A DNA stretch of 20,282 nucleotides from Aquificaceae bacterium. Lineage in GTDB: Bacteria > Aquificota > Aquificia > Aquificales > Aquificaceae. The stretch is taken from positions 1 through 20,282 of the forward strand of contig JBEPZX010000021.1 in the NCBI GenBank assembly GCA_041640635.1. The letters run 5' to 3'. This document shows positions 8,375-17,016 of this stretch, piece by piece. Every line of letters starts with the position of its first letter. The first letter of the stretch is position 1. A program made the position numbers and the translations under genes. The notes beneath the pieces are model-generated. The model made no database searches, had not been told where the DNA came from, and saw only the letters and a list, made by a program, of their open reading frames with translations.

Positions 8375-9024
8375 GTGACAAGAAAAATGTCATATCGGAT
8401 GTGTTTTCCACAATAAGTAAGAGGTATGATTTGTTTTTGGGAGGCGTAACATTTGGAAGAATAAATCAGTGGCAACTGGAACTTTTAGGTTATGTGGGAA
8501 ATGTTGAAAAACTCCTAGATGTAGGGACGGGGACAGGTGAAGTTCTTTTAAAAGCAAAACAGGCAAAAACCAGAGTTGGTCTTGATATATCCCTTGGCAT
8601 GCTTAAAGTTGCCAGGAAAAAATGTAGTCAGTGTTATTTCTTACTTGGCGATGCAGAAAATCTTCCCGTGAAGGAAAACACATTCGATGGAATAACTCTT
8701 TCTTTGGTCTATAGGCACCTTTTGGATAGAAGTCAATTTTTAAAAGAAGCTCATAGGATTTTGAAAAAGGGCGGTAAAGTTGCCATACTCGACATAAATA
8801 GATTCTTTCTAACTGACCTTTTGGCGCTAATGATGAAATCTATATTCAAACCCTTGGGCACTTTACTTTTTGGAAAAGATAAGTGGGACTTTTTTATACA
8901 TTCTTTAGAAAATAGTTTATCTGTAGCCCAAGTAACACGCGAATTGGAAAGCTTTGGTTTTAGGAAGATACGAGAACGTAAACGCATGATGGGACTTGTG
9001 TATATACTTGTGTTTGAAAAGTAA
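8371..9024 (+). CDS. ubiE: Class I SAM-dependent methyltransferase, UbiE/MenG family (probable demethylmenaquinone methyltransferase)
   Basis: VFSTISKRYD N-terminus, LLDVGTGTGE, GLDISLGML, GDAENLP...FD and RILKKGG. ATGA overlap with scpA. Confidence 0.75.
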   Translation: MSDKKNVISDVFSTISKRYDLFLGGVTFGRINQWQLELLGYVGNVEKLLDVGTGTGEVLLKAKQAKTRVGLDISLGMLKVARKKCSQCYFLLGDAENLPVKENTFDGITLSLVYRHLLDRSQFLKEAHRILKKGGKVAILDINRFFLTDLLALMMKSIFKPLGTLLFGKDKWDFFIHSLENSLSVAQVTRELESFGFRKIRERKRMMGLVYILVFEK

Positions 9025-9059
9025 ATAAAAACCTCTTTACATCTTATAATTTATACTTT

Positions 9060-9497
9060 ATGCAAAGTAATCAGCCCGTATGGGGATTTGAAAATATAGA
9101 TGCAGCGAGAGAGTATTTCGCTAAGTATTTACTAAATTACATCCACATTGAACTTGAATCTCTACCTAAAGAAGAATGGGATAAAACACTAAAAACATGG
9201 GCTAAGATGTGTATGTTTGCTCAGTCCTTAGCAGAAAAGAGCGATGAAGAAAGAAACAAACTCTACCAAAAGTATAACTTTGATCAAGTTATGATAGGTG
9301 TGATAGAGGATTTAAGACACACAATAATAGGGGCAAAAAGTTTACAAATAATAACACCTAAGGACAAGGCATACAAGGTAATACAGAAAGCTATAGAGTT
9401 GGTTTTGGAAGAGGAAGATATACTAAAAAGTCTTCAACTCAAGAAAGAAATATTAGAGTACATACTAAACTTCTTTAAATTGAATCCAAAACTTTAA
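9060..9497 (+). CDS. Hypothetical protein, 145 aa, helical
   Basis: Fills the gap between ubiE and icd with typical composition; TATAAT at 9045-9050. No recognised motif. Confidence 0.8.
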   Translation: MQSNQPVWGFENIDAAREYFAKYLLNYIHIELESLPKEEWDKTLKTWAKMCMFAQSLAEKSDEERNKLYQKYNFDQVMIGVIEDLRHTIIGAKSLQIITPKDKAYKVIQKAIELVLEEEDILKSLQLKKEILEYILNFFKLNPKL

Positions 9498-9541
9498 AAT
9501 TGAAATCCAAACGCATTATTATGATCTTTATCGCATCTTTT

Positions 9542-9550
9542 TGTTATAAT
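9542..9550 (+). promoter_or_regulatory. Extended -10 element immediately upstream of icd
   Basis: TGTTATAAT followed by 6 nt and then ATG at 9557. Confidence 0.65.
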
Positions 9551-9556
9551 GTTAGT

Positions 9557-10825
9557 ATGATACAGTTAGAAAATGTCTATAAATGGGAAGATGGAGTAAA
9601 CATCCCTGCTGAGGGTGAGTTTATAAAGCTCAACGCCGATAAAAGCATAAGTGTTCCTGACAAGGTAATTATTCCATTCATAGAAGGCGATGGCATAGGT
9701 CCAGAAATAAGTCCAGCCATGTTACTTGTGGTGAATACTGCACTACAAAAAGCTTACAATAATTCTAAATCCATATACTGGGTAGAGCTGCTAGCTGGAG
9801 ACAAAGCAGAAGAGAAAGTAGGTAAAAGAATGCCAGACGAAACCTTAGAAGTTTTAAAACAAGCCATAGTTGGTATAAAAGGTCCTTTGGGAACACCTGT
9901 GGGGAAAGGTGGAAAGTCTTTAAACGCTATACTTAGGCAATCTATGGACTTTTACTCCGCTATAAGACCTGTGTACTGGCTTGGACAGCCAACGCCCATA
10001 CCAAATCCAGAAAGGGTTAACGTGGCAGTGTTTAGAGAAAACTCAGATGATGTCTACATGAGCATAGAGTATATGCCGGGAAGTGAAGGAGCAGCGAAAG
10101 TTAGGAAGTTTTTCATAGAGGAGATGGGCGTATCTGAATACAGCTTACCAGAGGATTGCGGTATCACTGTAAAGCCAATGAGTGAGTACAAAACCAAAAG
10201 GCACGTAAGGAAAGCTCTACGATGGGCTTTGGAAAACAATAAGAAAGTGGTAGCAGTAGTAGGAAAAGGTAATATAATGAAAGCCACAGAAGGAGCCTTT
10301 ATGAACTGGGCTTTTGAAGTAGCAAAAGAGCCAGAGTTTGAAGGCAAAGTCATAACAGAAGGTGAACCTAAAGAAGGACAGATACTTTTGACTAAGGTCA
10401 TCACAGATCAAATGCTCATGCAGCTCGTTTTAAAACCTGAAGCTTACGATGTAATAATTACTCAAAACTTAAATGGGGATTACATATCCGATTTGGCATC
10501 CGCTTTGGTAGGTGGACCAGGTTTTGTTCCAAGTGGCAATATAGGAGATGGATATGCTCTTTTTGAAAGCACACACGGAACGGCTTACGATATAGCAGGT
10601 AAAGGCATAGCAAACCCACTATCGTTAACGCTTTCTGGTGCCATGATGCTTGAGTATTTGGGATGGAAAGAGGCAGCCAATTTGATTTACTCAGCTGTAA
10701 AGAAAGCTATACAGGACAAACTTGGCACTGGTGATATAGCAAGCGGTTTCAAGAAGATGGGAATAGAAGCTAAGGCGTTATCCACTATAGAATTTGCAAA
10801 AGCCATTGCTGAAAGAATAGGGTAA
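9557..10825 (+). CDS. icd: Isocitrate dehydrogenase (homodimeric type), probably NAD-preferring
   Basis: IPFIEGDGIGPEI, IKGPLGTPVG, SLNAILRQ, FRENSDDVY, KGNIMKATEGAF, NLNGDYISD and ESTHGTAYDIAGKGIANP. Start moved from TTG 9500 to ATG 9557 (MIQLENV...), because the first 19 codons of the track ORF read through AT-rich promoter DNA. Confidence 0.95.
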   Translation: MIQLENVYKWEDGVNIPAEGEFIKLNADKSISVPDKVIIPFIEGDGIGPEISPAMLLVVNTALQKAYNNSKSIYWVELLAGDKAEEKVGKRMPDETLEVLKQAIVGIKGPLGTPVGKGGKSLNAILRQSMDFYSAIRPVYWLGQPTPIPNPERVNVAVFRENSDDVYMSIEYMPGSEGAAKVRKFFIEEMGVSEYSLPEDCGITVKPMSEYKTKRHVRKALRWALENNKKVVAVVGKGNIMKATEGAFMNWAFEVAKEPEFEGKVITEGEPKEGQILLTKVITDQMLMQLVLKPEAYDVIITQNLNGDYISDLASALVGGPGFVPSGNIGDGYALFESTHGTAYDIAGKGIANPLSLTLSGAMMLEYLGWKEAANLIYSAVKKAIQDKLGTGDIASGFKKMGIEAKALSTIEFAKAIAERIG

Positions 10826-10827
10826 TA

Positions 10828-10887
10828 GATACTCTGTAGTCTAGGAGTATCCTTAATAACATAACGTCAGTTAAGCTTTAGGTTGAC
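10828..10887. terminator. Two hairpins between convergent icd and lspA (possible terminators)
   Basis: GATACTC/GAGTATC stem at 10828-10851 and GTCAGTT...GGTTGAC at 10866-10887. No clear U tract. Confidence 0.35.
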
Positions 10888-10917
10888 TCTTCAAATATTC
10901 TATACAGCACGGGCTAT

Positions 10918-11403
10918 TTATACCTCTGCTTTTCTTGTATAGTATTGCACAACAAAAAAGGTGAAAATTGCTAAACTTATAGACATATCCGCTATATTAA
11001 AAGCGGGCCAAGAAAGTTTCCCGTATTGAAAATATATAAAGTCCCTTACGTATCCCAAAAAAAGTCTATCGTAAAGATTTCCAAAAGCACCGCCTGCTAT
11101 AGCTCCCATAATAATGGAGAAACCTTTTTTATTTTCTTTAATTGAATACCAAAATGTTAAAACAACTGCGATAATTGGAACAAGTATGAGTGTTATAAAC
11201 CTAATCAGCCCTTCCGTTTGTGCAAAAATACCGAAAGCTGCACCTTTGTTGTAAACCAAAACCAAGTGAAGAAAGGGAAGCAAAGTAATTTCCTTGTTAA
11301 ACAAATAAAGCTCCGCTAAATTTTTGCTAAAAATATCTAAGGCAAGTACAATTAAAGCGGTTAGTGTGTATAAAACAGCGCTTTTTCTAATGCTCTTTTC
11401 CAT
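10918..11403 (-). CDS. lspA: Lipoprotein signal peptidase II
   Basis: ALDIFSK, VYNKGAAFG, GGAFGNLYDR, GYVRDFI and WPAFNIAD; hydrophobic segments. Overlaps the purL 3' end by 43 nt, with GGAG upstream of the ATG. Confidence 0.96.
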   Translation of the reverse strand: MEKSIRKSAVLYTLTALIVLALDIFSKNLAELYLFNKEITLLPFLHLVLVYNKGAAFGIFAQTEGLIRFITLILVPIIAVVLTFWYSIKENKKGFSIIMGAIAGGAFGNLYDRLFLGYVRDFIYFQYGKLSWPAFNIADMSISLAIFTFFVVQYYTRKAEV

Positions 11404-13598
11404 ACATTCTCCACTTGCTTTAGGTCTACCTTCAAAACTTCATCATCGTAGTTTCTGATTATCAAGGAGTAATCATCTCTTACATTTCCCAGTAGTAACC
11501 AATCCAAACCAGTATTTTCTACAGCTTCTTTAAAAGCCTGCACTTTATCACCGGATACGCTAACCACTACCTTTGTGGGATCTTCTGAAAATAAGAAAAA
11601 GTCAAATCTAGTATCTACGTATAGACTGATTTCTGCTCCCAATCCTGTACCTATTAATTTCTCTGCCAAAGCTATAGCTAATCCACCTAAGGAAATATCG
11701 TGAGCTGAAACAATTAAATCCTTTTGTATTAGCTCTATTAACAAAGAGCAAAGAACTTTTTCTTTTTCAAGGTCTATTGGTTTAAGCTTTCCAGCCACCT
11801 GGTTATGCACTACTTGTAAAAACTCGCTACCTGCCACAGAAGGTTCACCTTTTAGGTCTCCAATTAAAAATAACAGTTCTGATTTATCTTTAACGAGGTG
11901 ATTAACGTAATTCCCTTCTATAGCACCTACTCCTACAAGTATAGGGGTTGGGTATACGTTTCTTGTTTCATCTACTTCTACTGTCTCGTTATATAGAGAA
12001 ACATTACCACTTACTACTGGAACACCAAAAAATTCACACGTTGTAGCTATCCCTTCTACCACTTTTTCCAACTGCCACATTATGTGTGGTCTTTCTGGGT
12101 TACCAAAATTTAAACAATCTGTAATCCCTAAAGCCTTTGCTCCTACACATGCCAAGTTTCTTATAATTTCAGCTACCAAGTACTTTCCACCTTCTTCTGG
12201 GTCTAAATAGGTCATTCTGCCGTTGCCTTCGCAAGTTAGTGCTACAAGTTTGTCACTTTTTAATTCAGGTTTTACAGCCCACTTGACTCTTAAAACGGCA
12301 GCATCAGCACCCGGTTTAATAACTGTATTTGTACCAACTTGATAATCATACTGGGTGTATATCCATTCCTTAGATGCTATGTTGGGTGATTCTAAGAGTT
12401 TAAAGAAAGCTTCTTGTATATCCACATTTTCAAGATTAGATAAATTAATACTTTGTAATTCATCCACATAATCTGGTTTTTCGCTTGGTCTGTTATACTG
12501 GGGCGCTTCCTCTACAATCAAACTTACAGGAAGTTCAGCTACTGTTTGTTCCTTAAAGTAAGCTCTAAAGAATCCATCTTTTGTTGTGTAACCTATTTGT
12601 GCTGCTTCTAGATGGTGCCTTTTAGCTATAGACAATATTTCATCAACTTTTTCATCATCGGCAACAATCAACATTCTTTCCTGACTTTCCGAAAGCAATA
12701 TCTCATATGGATTCATACCCTCTTCTCTTAATGGGACATTATCTAGTTGCAAAACAACTCCCATTTTTGATTTGCTTGCTAACTCCGAAGCTGACCCAGA
12801 AAGCCCTGCTGCACCTAAATCCTGCAGTCCTACAATCAAGTCCTTATCTATCATTTCTAAAATAGCTTCTATGAGTTTCTTACCAAAGTACGGATCACCT
12901 ATTTGAACATTTGGTCTTTTGGATTCTGTATCTTCCCCGAACTCTCCAGATGCCATAACAGCTCCATGTATCCCATCTCTACCTGTTGCCGAACCTATCA
13001 AAATGAGCTTTTGCCCTTCTTTTGTAGCTCTCGCCCTTAACATCTTACCTGCTGGTATTATTCCAAGACAGAAGGCGTTTACTAGAGGGTTTGTTTTGTA
13101 ACATTCATGAAAATATGTCTCTCCGCCTACATTTGGAATTCCTACACAATTTCCGTAATAGCTTATGCCGCTTACTACGCCTTTAAGTATGTATTTAGTT
13201 TTGCTATCTATGGGATAGCCAAAGCGTAAGGAGTTCATCAGAGCAATAGGTCTTGCTCCCATGGATAAGATATCTCTTATAATCCCACCTACACCCGTAG
13301 CAGCACCGTGAAAAGGTTCTATGTAAGAAGGATGGTTATGACTTTCTATTTTAAATGCAAGCCAAACATTCTCATCTAACTCTACAACTCCAGCATTTTC
13401 ACCTGGTCCCTGTATTACCCTCTCTCCCTGTGTAGGAAATCTTCTTAAAACTCTCTTTGAAGATTTATAAGAACAGTGCTCTGACCATAGAGCACCTAGT
13501 ATCCCCATTTCTACATGGTTTGGTTCTCTCCCCAAAGCAGCTACTACTTTCTCGTACTCCTCTTTACTCAGTCCGTGGAGCAAGTATATAGCCTTCAT
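11361..13598 (-). CDS. purL: Phosphoribosylformylglycinamidine synthase subunit PurL (small type)
   Basis: WSEHCSYKSS, KIESHNHPS..EPFHGAATGVGGIIRDI, DLGAAGL, LLSESQERM, DCLNFGNPE and VVSGNVSLYNE. 745 aa with no glutaminase domain. Confidence 0.97.
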   Translation of the reverse strand: MKAIYLLHGLSKEEYEKVVAALGREPNHVEMGILGALWSEHCSYKSSKRVLRRFPTQGERVIQGPGENAGVVELDENVWLAFKIESHNHPSYIEPFHGAATGVGGIIRDILSMGARPIALMNSLRFGYPIDSKTKYILKGVVSGISYYGNCVGIPNVGGETYFHECYKTNPLVNAFCLGIIPAGKMLRARATKEGQKLILIGSATGRDGIHGAVMASGEFGEDTESKRPNVQIGDPYFGKKLIEAILEMIDKDLIVGLQDLGAAGLSGSASELASKSKMGVVLQLDNVPLREEGMNPYEILLSESQERMLIVADDEKVDEILSIAKRHHLEAAQIGYTTKDGFFRAYFKEQTVAELPVSLIVEEAPQYNRPSEKPDYVDELQSINLSNLENVDIQEAFFKLLESPNIASKEWIYTQYDYQVGTNTVIKPGADAAVLRVKWAVKPELKSDKLVALTCEGNGRMTYLDPEEGGKYLVAEIIRNLACVGAKALGITDCLNFGNPERPHIMWQLEKVVEGIATTCEFFGVPVVSGNVSLYNETVEVDETRNVYPTPILVGVGAIEGNYVNHLVKDKSELLFLIGDLKGEPSVAGSEFLQVVHNQVAGKLKPIDLEKEKVLCSLLIELIQKDLIVSAHDISLGGLAIALAEKLIGTGLGAEISLYVDTRFDFFLFSEDPTKVVVSVSGDKVQAFKEAVENTGLDWLLLGNVRDDYSLIIRNYDDEVLKVDLKQVENVWKRALEKALFYTH

Positions 13599-14413
13599 TC
13601 ACCTTCACCTTGTTTACTTTTTTTGATTTCCTCTTCTTTCCCAAAAACTCCCATAATATGGTATCCATTATCTACATGTATGACTTCTCCGGTAACACCA
13701 CGTGACAAGTCACTGCAAAGGTAAACCGCTGTGTCGCCAATCTCTTCGATAGTTATAGCTCTCCCAAAGGGATTTACTTTCATAGTATGCTCCATTAACA
13801 GATGGAATCCAGTTATACTGTATGCTGCGAGAGTTTTCACAGGACCAGCCGATATGGCATTTATTCTATGACCATACTTTGCTATATCGTAAGCCAAATA
13901 TCTCACTGTACATTCCAAAGCGGCTTTGGCTATACCCATTACGTTATAATGTGGAACAACTTTTTCTGCACCGTAGTAGCTCAGTGTTATTATTTTACCT
14001 TCTTTACCTTCCATCAATGGGGATAACTCGCGTGTCAGAGATATGAGAGAATATACAGATATATCCATAGCTATCAAAAAGCCTTGCCTAGATGTATCTA
14101 TAACACCCGTTTTAAACTCCTCTTTTGGTGCAAAAGCTATAGAGTGAACCAATACATCCAAAGAACCCCATTTTTCCTTTATAAATTCTCTCAATTCAGA
14201 TATTTGTTCATCCTTTGATACATCACATTCGTGTATTAGTTCTGCACCTAGTTCTTGTGCAATTTCTTCTACTCTTTTTTTGAGTTTTTCATTGGCGTAA
14301 GTAAGCAAAAGCTTAGCACCTTCACGCTTAAAAGCTTTGGCTATTCCATATGCTATGCTTTTTTCATTGGCTATTCCAGTTACTAAAGCTTTTTTACCTT
14401 CCATCAATCCCAT
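13595..14413 (-). CDS. fabI: Enoyl-ACP reductase (NADH)
   Basis: GIANEKSIAYGIA, HSIAFAP, catalytic HYNVMGIAKAALE, RINAISAGPVKTLAA and TGEVIHVDNG. SD GGAGGAGG. Confidence 0.96.
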   Translation of the reverse strand: MGLMEGKKALVTGIANEKSIAYGIAKAFKREGAKLLLTYANEKLKKRVEEIAQELGAELIHECDVSKDEQISELREFIKEKWGSLDVLVHSIAFAPKEEFKTGVIDTSRQGFLIAMDISVYSLISLTRELSPLMEGKEGKIITLSYYGAEKVVPHYNVMGIAKAALECTVRYLAYDIAKYGHRINAISAGPVKTLAAYSITGFHLLMEHTMKVNPFGRAITIEEIGDTAVYLCSDLSRGVTGEVIHVDNGYHIMGVFGKEEEIKKSKQGEGE

Positions 14414-15216
14414 TATGTATCCTCCTCCAATATCTTTATAGCAAAATCTGCATCCTTCCCTTCGTGAACTATACTATACAAGGCTGTGACCATCTTTACT
14501 CTATTTTTCGCTTGGAAAATATTCCTTCCCACAGAAAGCCCGCTAGCTCCGGCTTTTATTGCACCATACACCATTTCCAAAACTTCCTTTTCCGTTTTCA
14601 TTTTTGGACCACCTGCTATGACAACAGGAATAGGACATCCTTGTATAGCTTTTTGAAAGGTTTCAGAATCGCCTGTGTATGGAACTTTAACTATATCAGC
14701 CCCAAGTTCCGCTCCCAACCTTGCACAGTGAGCTACTATTTCTGGATCATATTGATTCATATCTTTACCTCTCCCATAAACCATAGCCAACAAGGGTATT
14801 CCCCAATCCTCACAAGCTTTAGATACAATGCCAAAATCCTTTAACATTTCTCTTTCCAAATCTGCTCCTATATTGACATGAATTGAGACTGCATCAGCGC
14901 CAAGTTTTATAGCTTCTTCCACACTACAGACCAGAACCTTATCATTTTTTGTAGGAGCCCAATCTGTCGATGCAGATAGATGAACTATTAAACCAATATC
15001 CTTTCCTCTTCCTCTGTAACCTGCCTTTACCATACCTTTGTGTAATACTACTGCATTGGCTCCCCCTTCTGCTACATCATCTACAGCTGATCTAATATCC
15101 ACTATACCCTCCATAGGTCCGGAACTTACACCATGATCCATGGGAACTATGATAGTTTTTTTAGTATTCCTATTAATAATCCTTTCCAACCTTATTAGCT
15201 TCCCCATACTAGACAT
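14413..15216 (-). CDS. DhnA-type class I aldolase, most like 2-amino-3,7-dideoxy-D-threo-hept-6-ulosonate synthase (AroA', MJ0400 family)
   Basis: [40 protein letters not shown], Schiff-base region [21 protein letters not shown] and GRNIFQ. SD AGGAGG. Family assignment is firm; exact substrate is inferred. Confidence 0.85.
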   Translation of the reverse strand: MSSMGKLIRLERIINRNTKKTIIVPMDHGVSSGPMEGIVDIRSAVDDVAEGGANAVVLHKGMVKAGYRGRGKDIGLIVHLSASTDWAPTKNDKVLVCSVEEAIKLGADAVSIHVNIGADLEREMLKDFGIVSKACEDWGIPLLAMVYGRGKDMNQYDPEIVAHCARLGAELGADIVKVPYTGDSETFQKAIQGCPIPVVIAGGPKMKTEKEVLEMVYGAIKAGASGLSVGRNIFQAKNRVKMVTALYSIVHEGKDADFAIKILEEDT

Positions 15217-15218
15217 TT

Positions 15219-15884
15219 TTAACCTCCTCTTAACTTAAAAGTAAGTATACCTATTTGAACATCACCGTTTATAGGCTCAAACCTTATACCTTTTACAAAG
15301 TTTACAACTTGCCTATCAACAGCACTAGAACCACTTCTTTGTACTACTTCCACCTTAGATACGTTTCCAGAAGGTTCTACCCATATCCTTACTTTAATTG
15401 TTGATAAGGGTTCGTCAGAGACTATTTTAGGAATCTCTGGTGTATATAAAACCTTACGCGTTCCTGTAGTGGAAATGCTAATTCCACTTCCTGTATGTGA
15501 CGCTATTATATTACCTATTTCTTTAACTATTTGCGTACCTTCCTGTTGATTTTTTCTTTGTTTGATGCTCTCTTCTAGCTGAGATAGTATGGAAGGTTCA
15601 TCTTTAGTAGTTATAGGATAATCCCCTTGAGTCGGTGCCATTGAAACAGGTGCAGAACTTACACCTTTTTTTACCTTAGCTTTATTATTTAAAGTACCGC
15701 TTTGCAAAATTTCTTTTTTAGGTTGTGAAGTTTGCTCTTGAAGTATTAAATTAATTTGCTTAAACTCCAAATCTTGTTTCACATTTACCAAAAGTAACAT
15801 AGACATAAATGTGAAGATCGCTAGGTTTATAATAGAGGAAATTAACCAGTACAAAAATTTTTCTAAATCATTGACTTTTAACAT
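15219..15884 (-). CDS. Energy transducer TonB-like protein (N-terminal TM helix, C-terminal TonB domain)
   Basis: TM segment [24 protein letters not shown] and C-terminal [40 protein letters not shown]. Start moved to ATG 15884 (MLKVNDLEK), which removes the head-to-head overlap with gpsA. Confidence 0.8.
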   Translation of the reverse strand: MLKVNDLEKFLYWLISSIINLAIFTFMSMLLLVNVKQDLEFKQINLILQEQTSQPKKEILQSGTLNNKAKVKKGVSSAPVSMAPTQGDYPITTKDEPSILSQLEESIKQRKNQQEGTQIVKEIGNIIASHTGSGISISTTGTRKVLYTPEIPKIVSDEPLSTIKVRIWVEPSGNVSKVEVVQRSGSSAVDRQVVNFVKGIRFEPINGDVQIGILTFKLRGG

Positions 15885-15901
15885 TTTGTTAAGATTATAA
15901 C
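15885..15901. promoter_or_regulatory. Putative bidirectional promoter for the TonB-like gene (-) and gpsA (+)
   Basis: 17-bp spacer. Plus strand TGT-TAAGAT at 15887-15895, 6 nt before ATG 15902; minus strand TGT-TATAAT at 15902-15894, 9 nt before ATG 15884. Confidence 0.65.
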
Positions 15902-16888
15902 ATGAACATGAAGTTTTCTGTCTTGGGTGGTGGGCGCTGGGGTGTAGCACTAGCTAAGCACATTGGGAGCTTGGGAAACCATGTTTTGATCTACGATAGA
16001 AATCCTCATATAGTACAGATCATAAAAAACTCAAAAAATCCTTACGTGTCAGATGATTACTTAACGAATGTGGACGCCACTTTAAGTGTGGAAGAGGTTC
16101 AAGATTTTTCCCATTACATGGTCGTAGCCTTGCCTGTCCAAGCTATTAGAGAAGTCCTTACGCCTATGAACTTGGAGGGTAAGGTTATCATTTCTGCATC
16201 CAAGGGTTTGGAAGTTTCTTCTCTAAAACGAGTGTCCCAGATAATTGAAGACATACAGAAGAACTGCCAAGTATTTTGTCTTTCAGGTCCATCTTTTGCA
16301 TCGGAGGTTATGAATGGCTTACCTACCGCCGTAGTGCTAGCTGGAAGGGACGAAAAGGTTATGAAAGAACTAAGAAATGCTTTTAGTTCTCCCACCTTTA
16401 GAGTATATCTCTCAGACGATTTGATAGGTGTAGAGCTTGGTGGTGCTCTAAAAAACGTAATAGCTATCGCTTGTGGTATATCCGATGGTTTGGGATTTGG
16501 TAACAACGCAAGGGCTGCACTTCTGACCAGAGGACTTGCCGAGATGGTGAGAATTGGCACGGCTTTGGGTGCAAAAAGGGAAACCTTTTACGGTCTGTCT
16601 GGTATGGGTGATCTTTTCCTGACGGCGAGTTCTGAGCTTTCCAGAAACAGGACATTGGGTTACCTCATAGGTAAAGGTTTAAGTGTGGAACGAGCTTTAC
16701 AGGAAATAGGTCAAACGGTGGAAGGTATAGAAACGGTAAAAGCCGTTGTGGAGCTTTCAAAGCATTACAACATCCATGCACCTATATGCAACGCTACTTA
16801 CAAGGTGGTCGTGGATGGTTTGGATCCTTTGGATGTTGCGAAGGAGCTTCTTCTGAGCCCTCCTCAGAGTGATTTTGAAAATCTATGA
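15902..16888 (+). CDS. gpsA: NAD(P)H-dependent glycerol-3-phosphate dehydrogenase
   Basis: VLGGGRWGVALA, SASKGLE, LSGPSFASEV, GVELGGALKNVIAIACG, GLSGMGDLFLT and SRNR. Alternative start at 15908. Confidence 0.96.
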   Translation: MNMKFSVLGGGRWGVALAKHIGSLGNHVLIYDRNPHIVQIIKNSKNPYVSDDYLTNVDATLSVEEVQDFSHYMVVALPVQAIREVLTPMNLEGKVIISASKGLEVSSLKRVSQIIEDIQKNCQVFCLSGPSFASEVMNGLPTAVVLAGRDEKVMKELRNAFSSPTFRVYLSDDLIGVELGGALKNVIAIACGISDGLGFGNNARAALLTRGLAEMVRIGTALGAKRETFYGLSGMGDLFLTASSELSRNRTLGYLIGKGLSVERALQEIGQTVEGIETVKAVVELSKHYNIHAPICNATYKVVVDGLDPLDVAKELLLSPPQSDFENL

Positions 16889-16994
16889 GTTCACCTGGGA
16901 AGTAGTACTCTTTACACTTTTCACACAGAAAAATGCCACCACCGCAACACTCTATAATTTCTAAAAGGTTTCCGCATTTGGGACAGTAATCCAT
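16794..16994 (-). CDS. Small Zn-ribbon protein (CxxC...CC...CxxC), 66 aa
   Basis: MDYCPKCGNLLEIIECCGGGIFLCEKCKEYY occupies the otherwise empty gap between gpsA and tRNA-Gly. The 3' 95 nt overlap gpsA antisense. Confidence 0.65.
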   Translation of the reverse strand: MDYCPKCGNLLEIIECCGGGIFLCEKCKEYYFPGELIDFQNHSEEGSEEAPSQHPKDPNHPRPPCK

Positions 16995-17016
16995 ACTAAT
17001 AAAAATACGCCAAACA

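Noticed and set aside
9473..9511. CRISPR remnant (ATTGAAA-containing repeats)
   Set aside because: The two copies abut with no spacer, are only about 20 bp long, and no cas genes are nearby.
9500..9556. 19-aa N-terminal extension of icd in the ORF track, which could be read as a signal peptide
   Set aside because: TTG start without SD; it translates AT-rich promoter sequence including TATAAT. ATG 9557 fits better.
14350..14844. 164-aa plus-strand ORF
   Set aside because: Antisense shadow of the aldolase and fabI with atypical composition and no motif.
15885..15950. Head-to-head coding overlap between the TonB-like ORF and gpsA
   Set aside because: Artefact of longest-ORF calling; ATG 15884 directly precedes the TM helix and removes the overlap.
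16114..16560. 148-aa minus-strand ORF
   Set aside because: Codon-registered antisense shadow of gpsA. The other short antisense ORFs (for example 310-654, 10054-10404) are rejected for the same reason.
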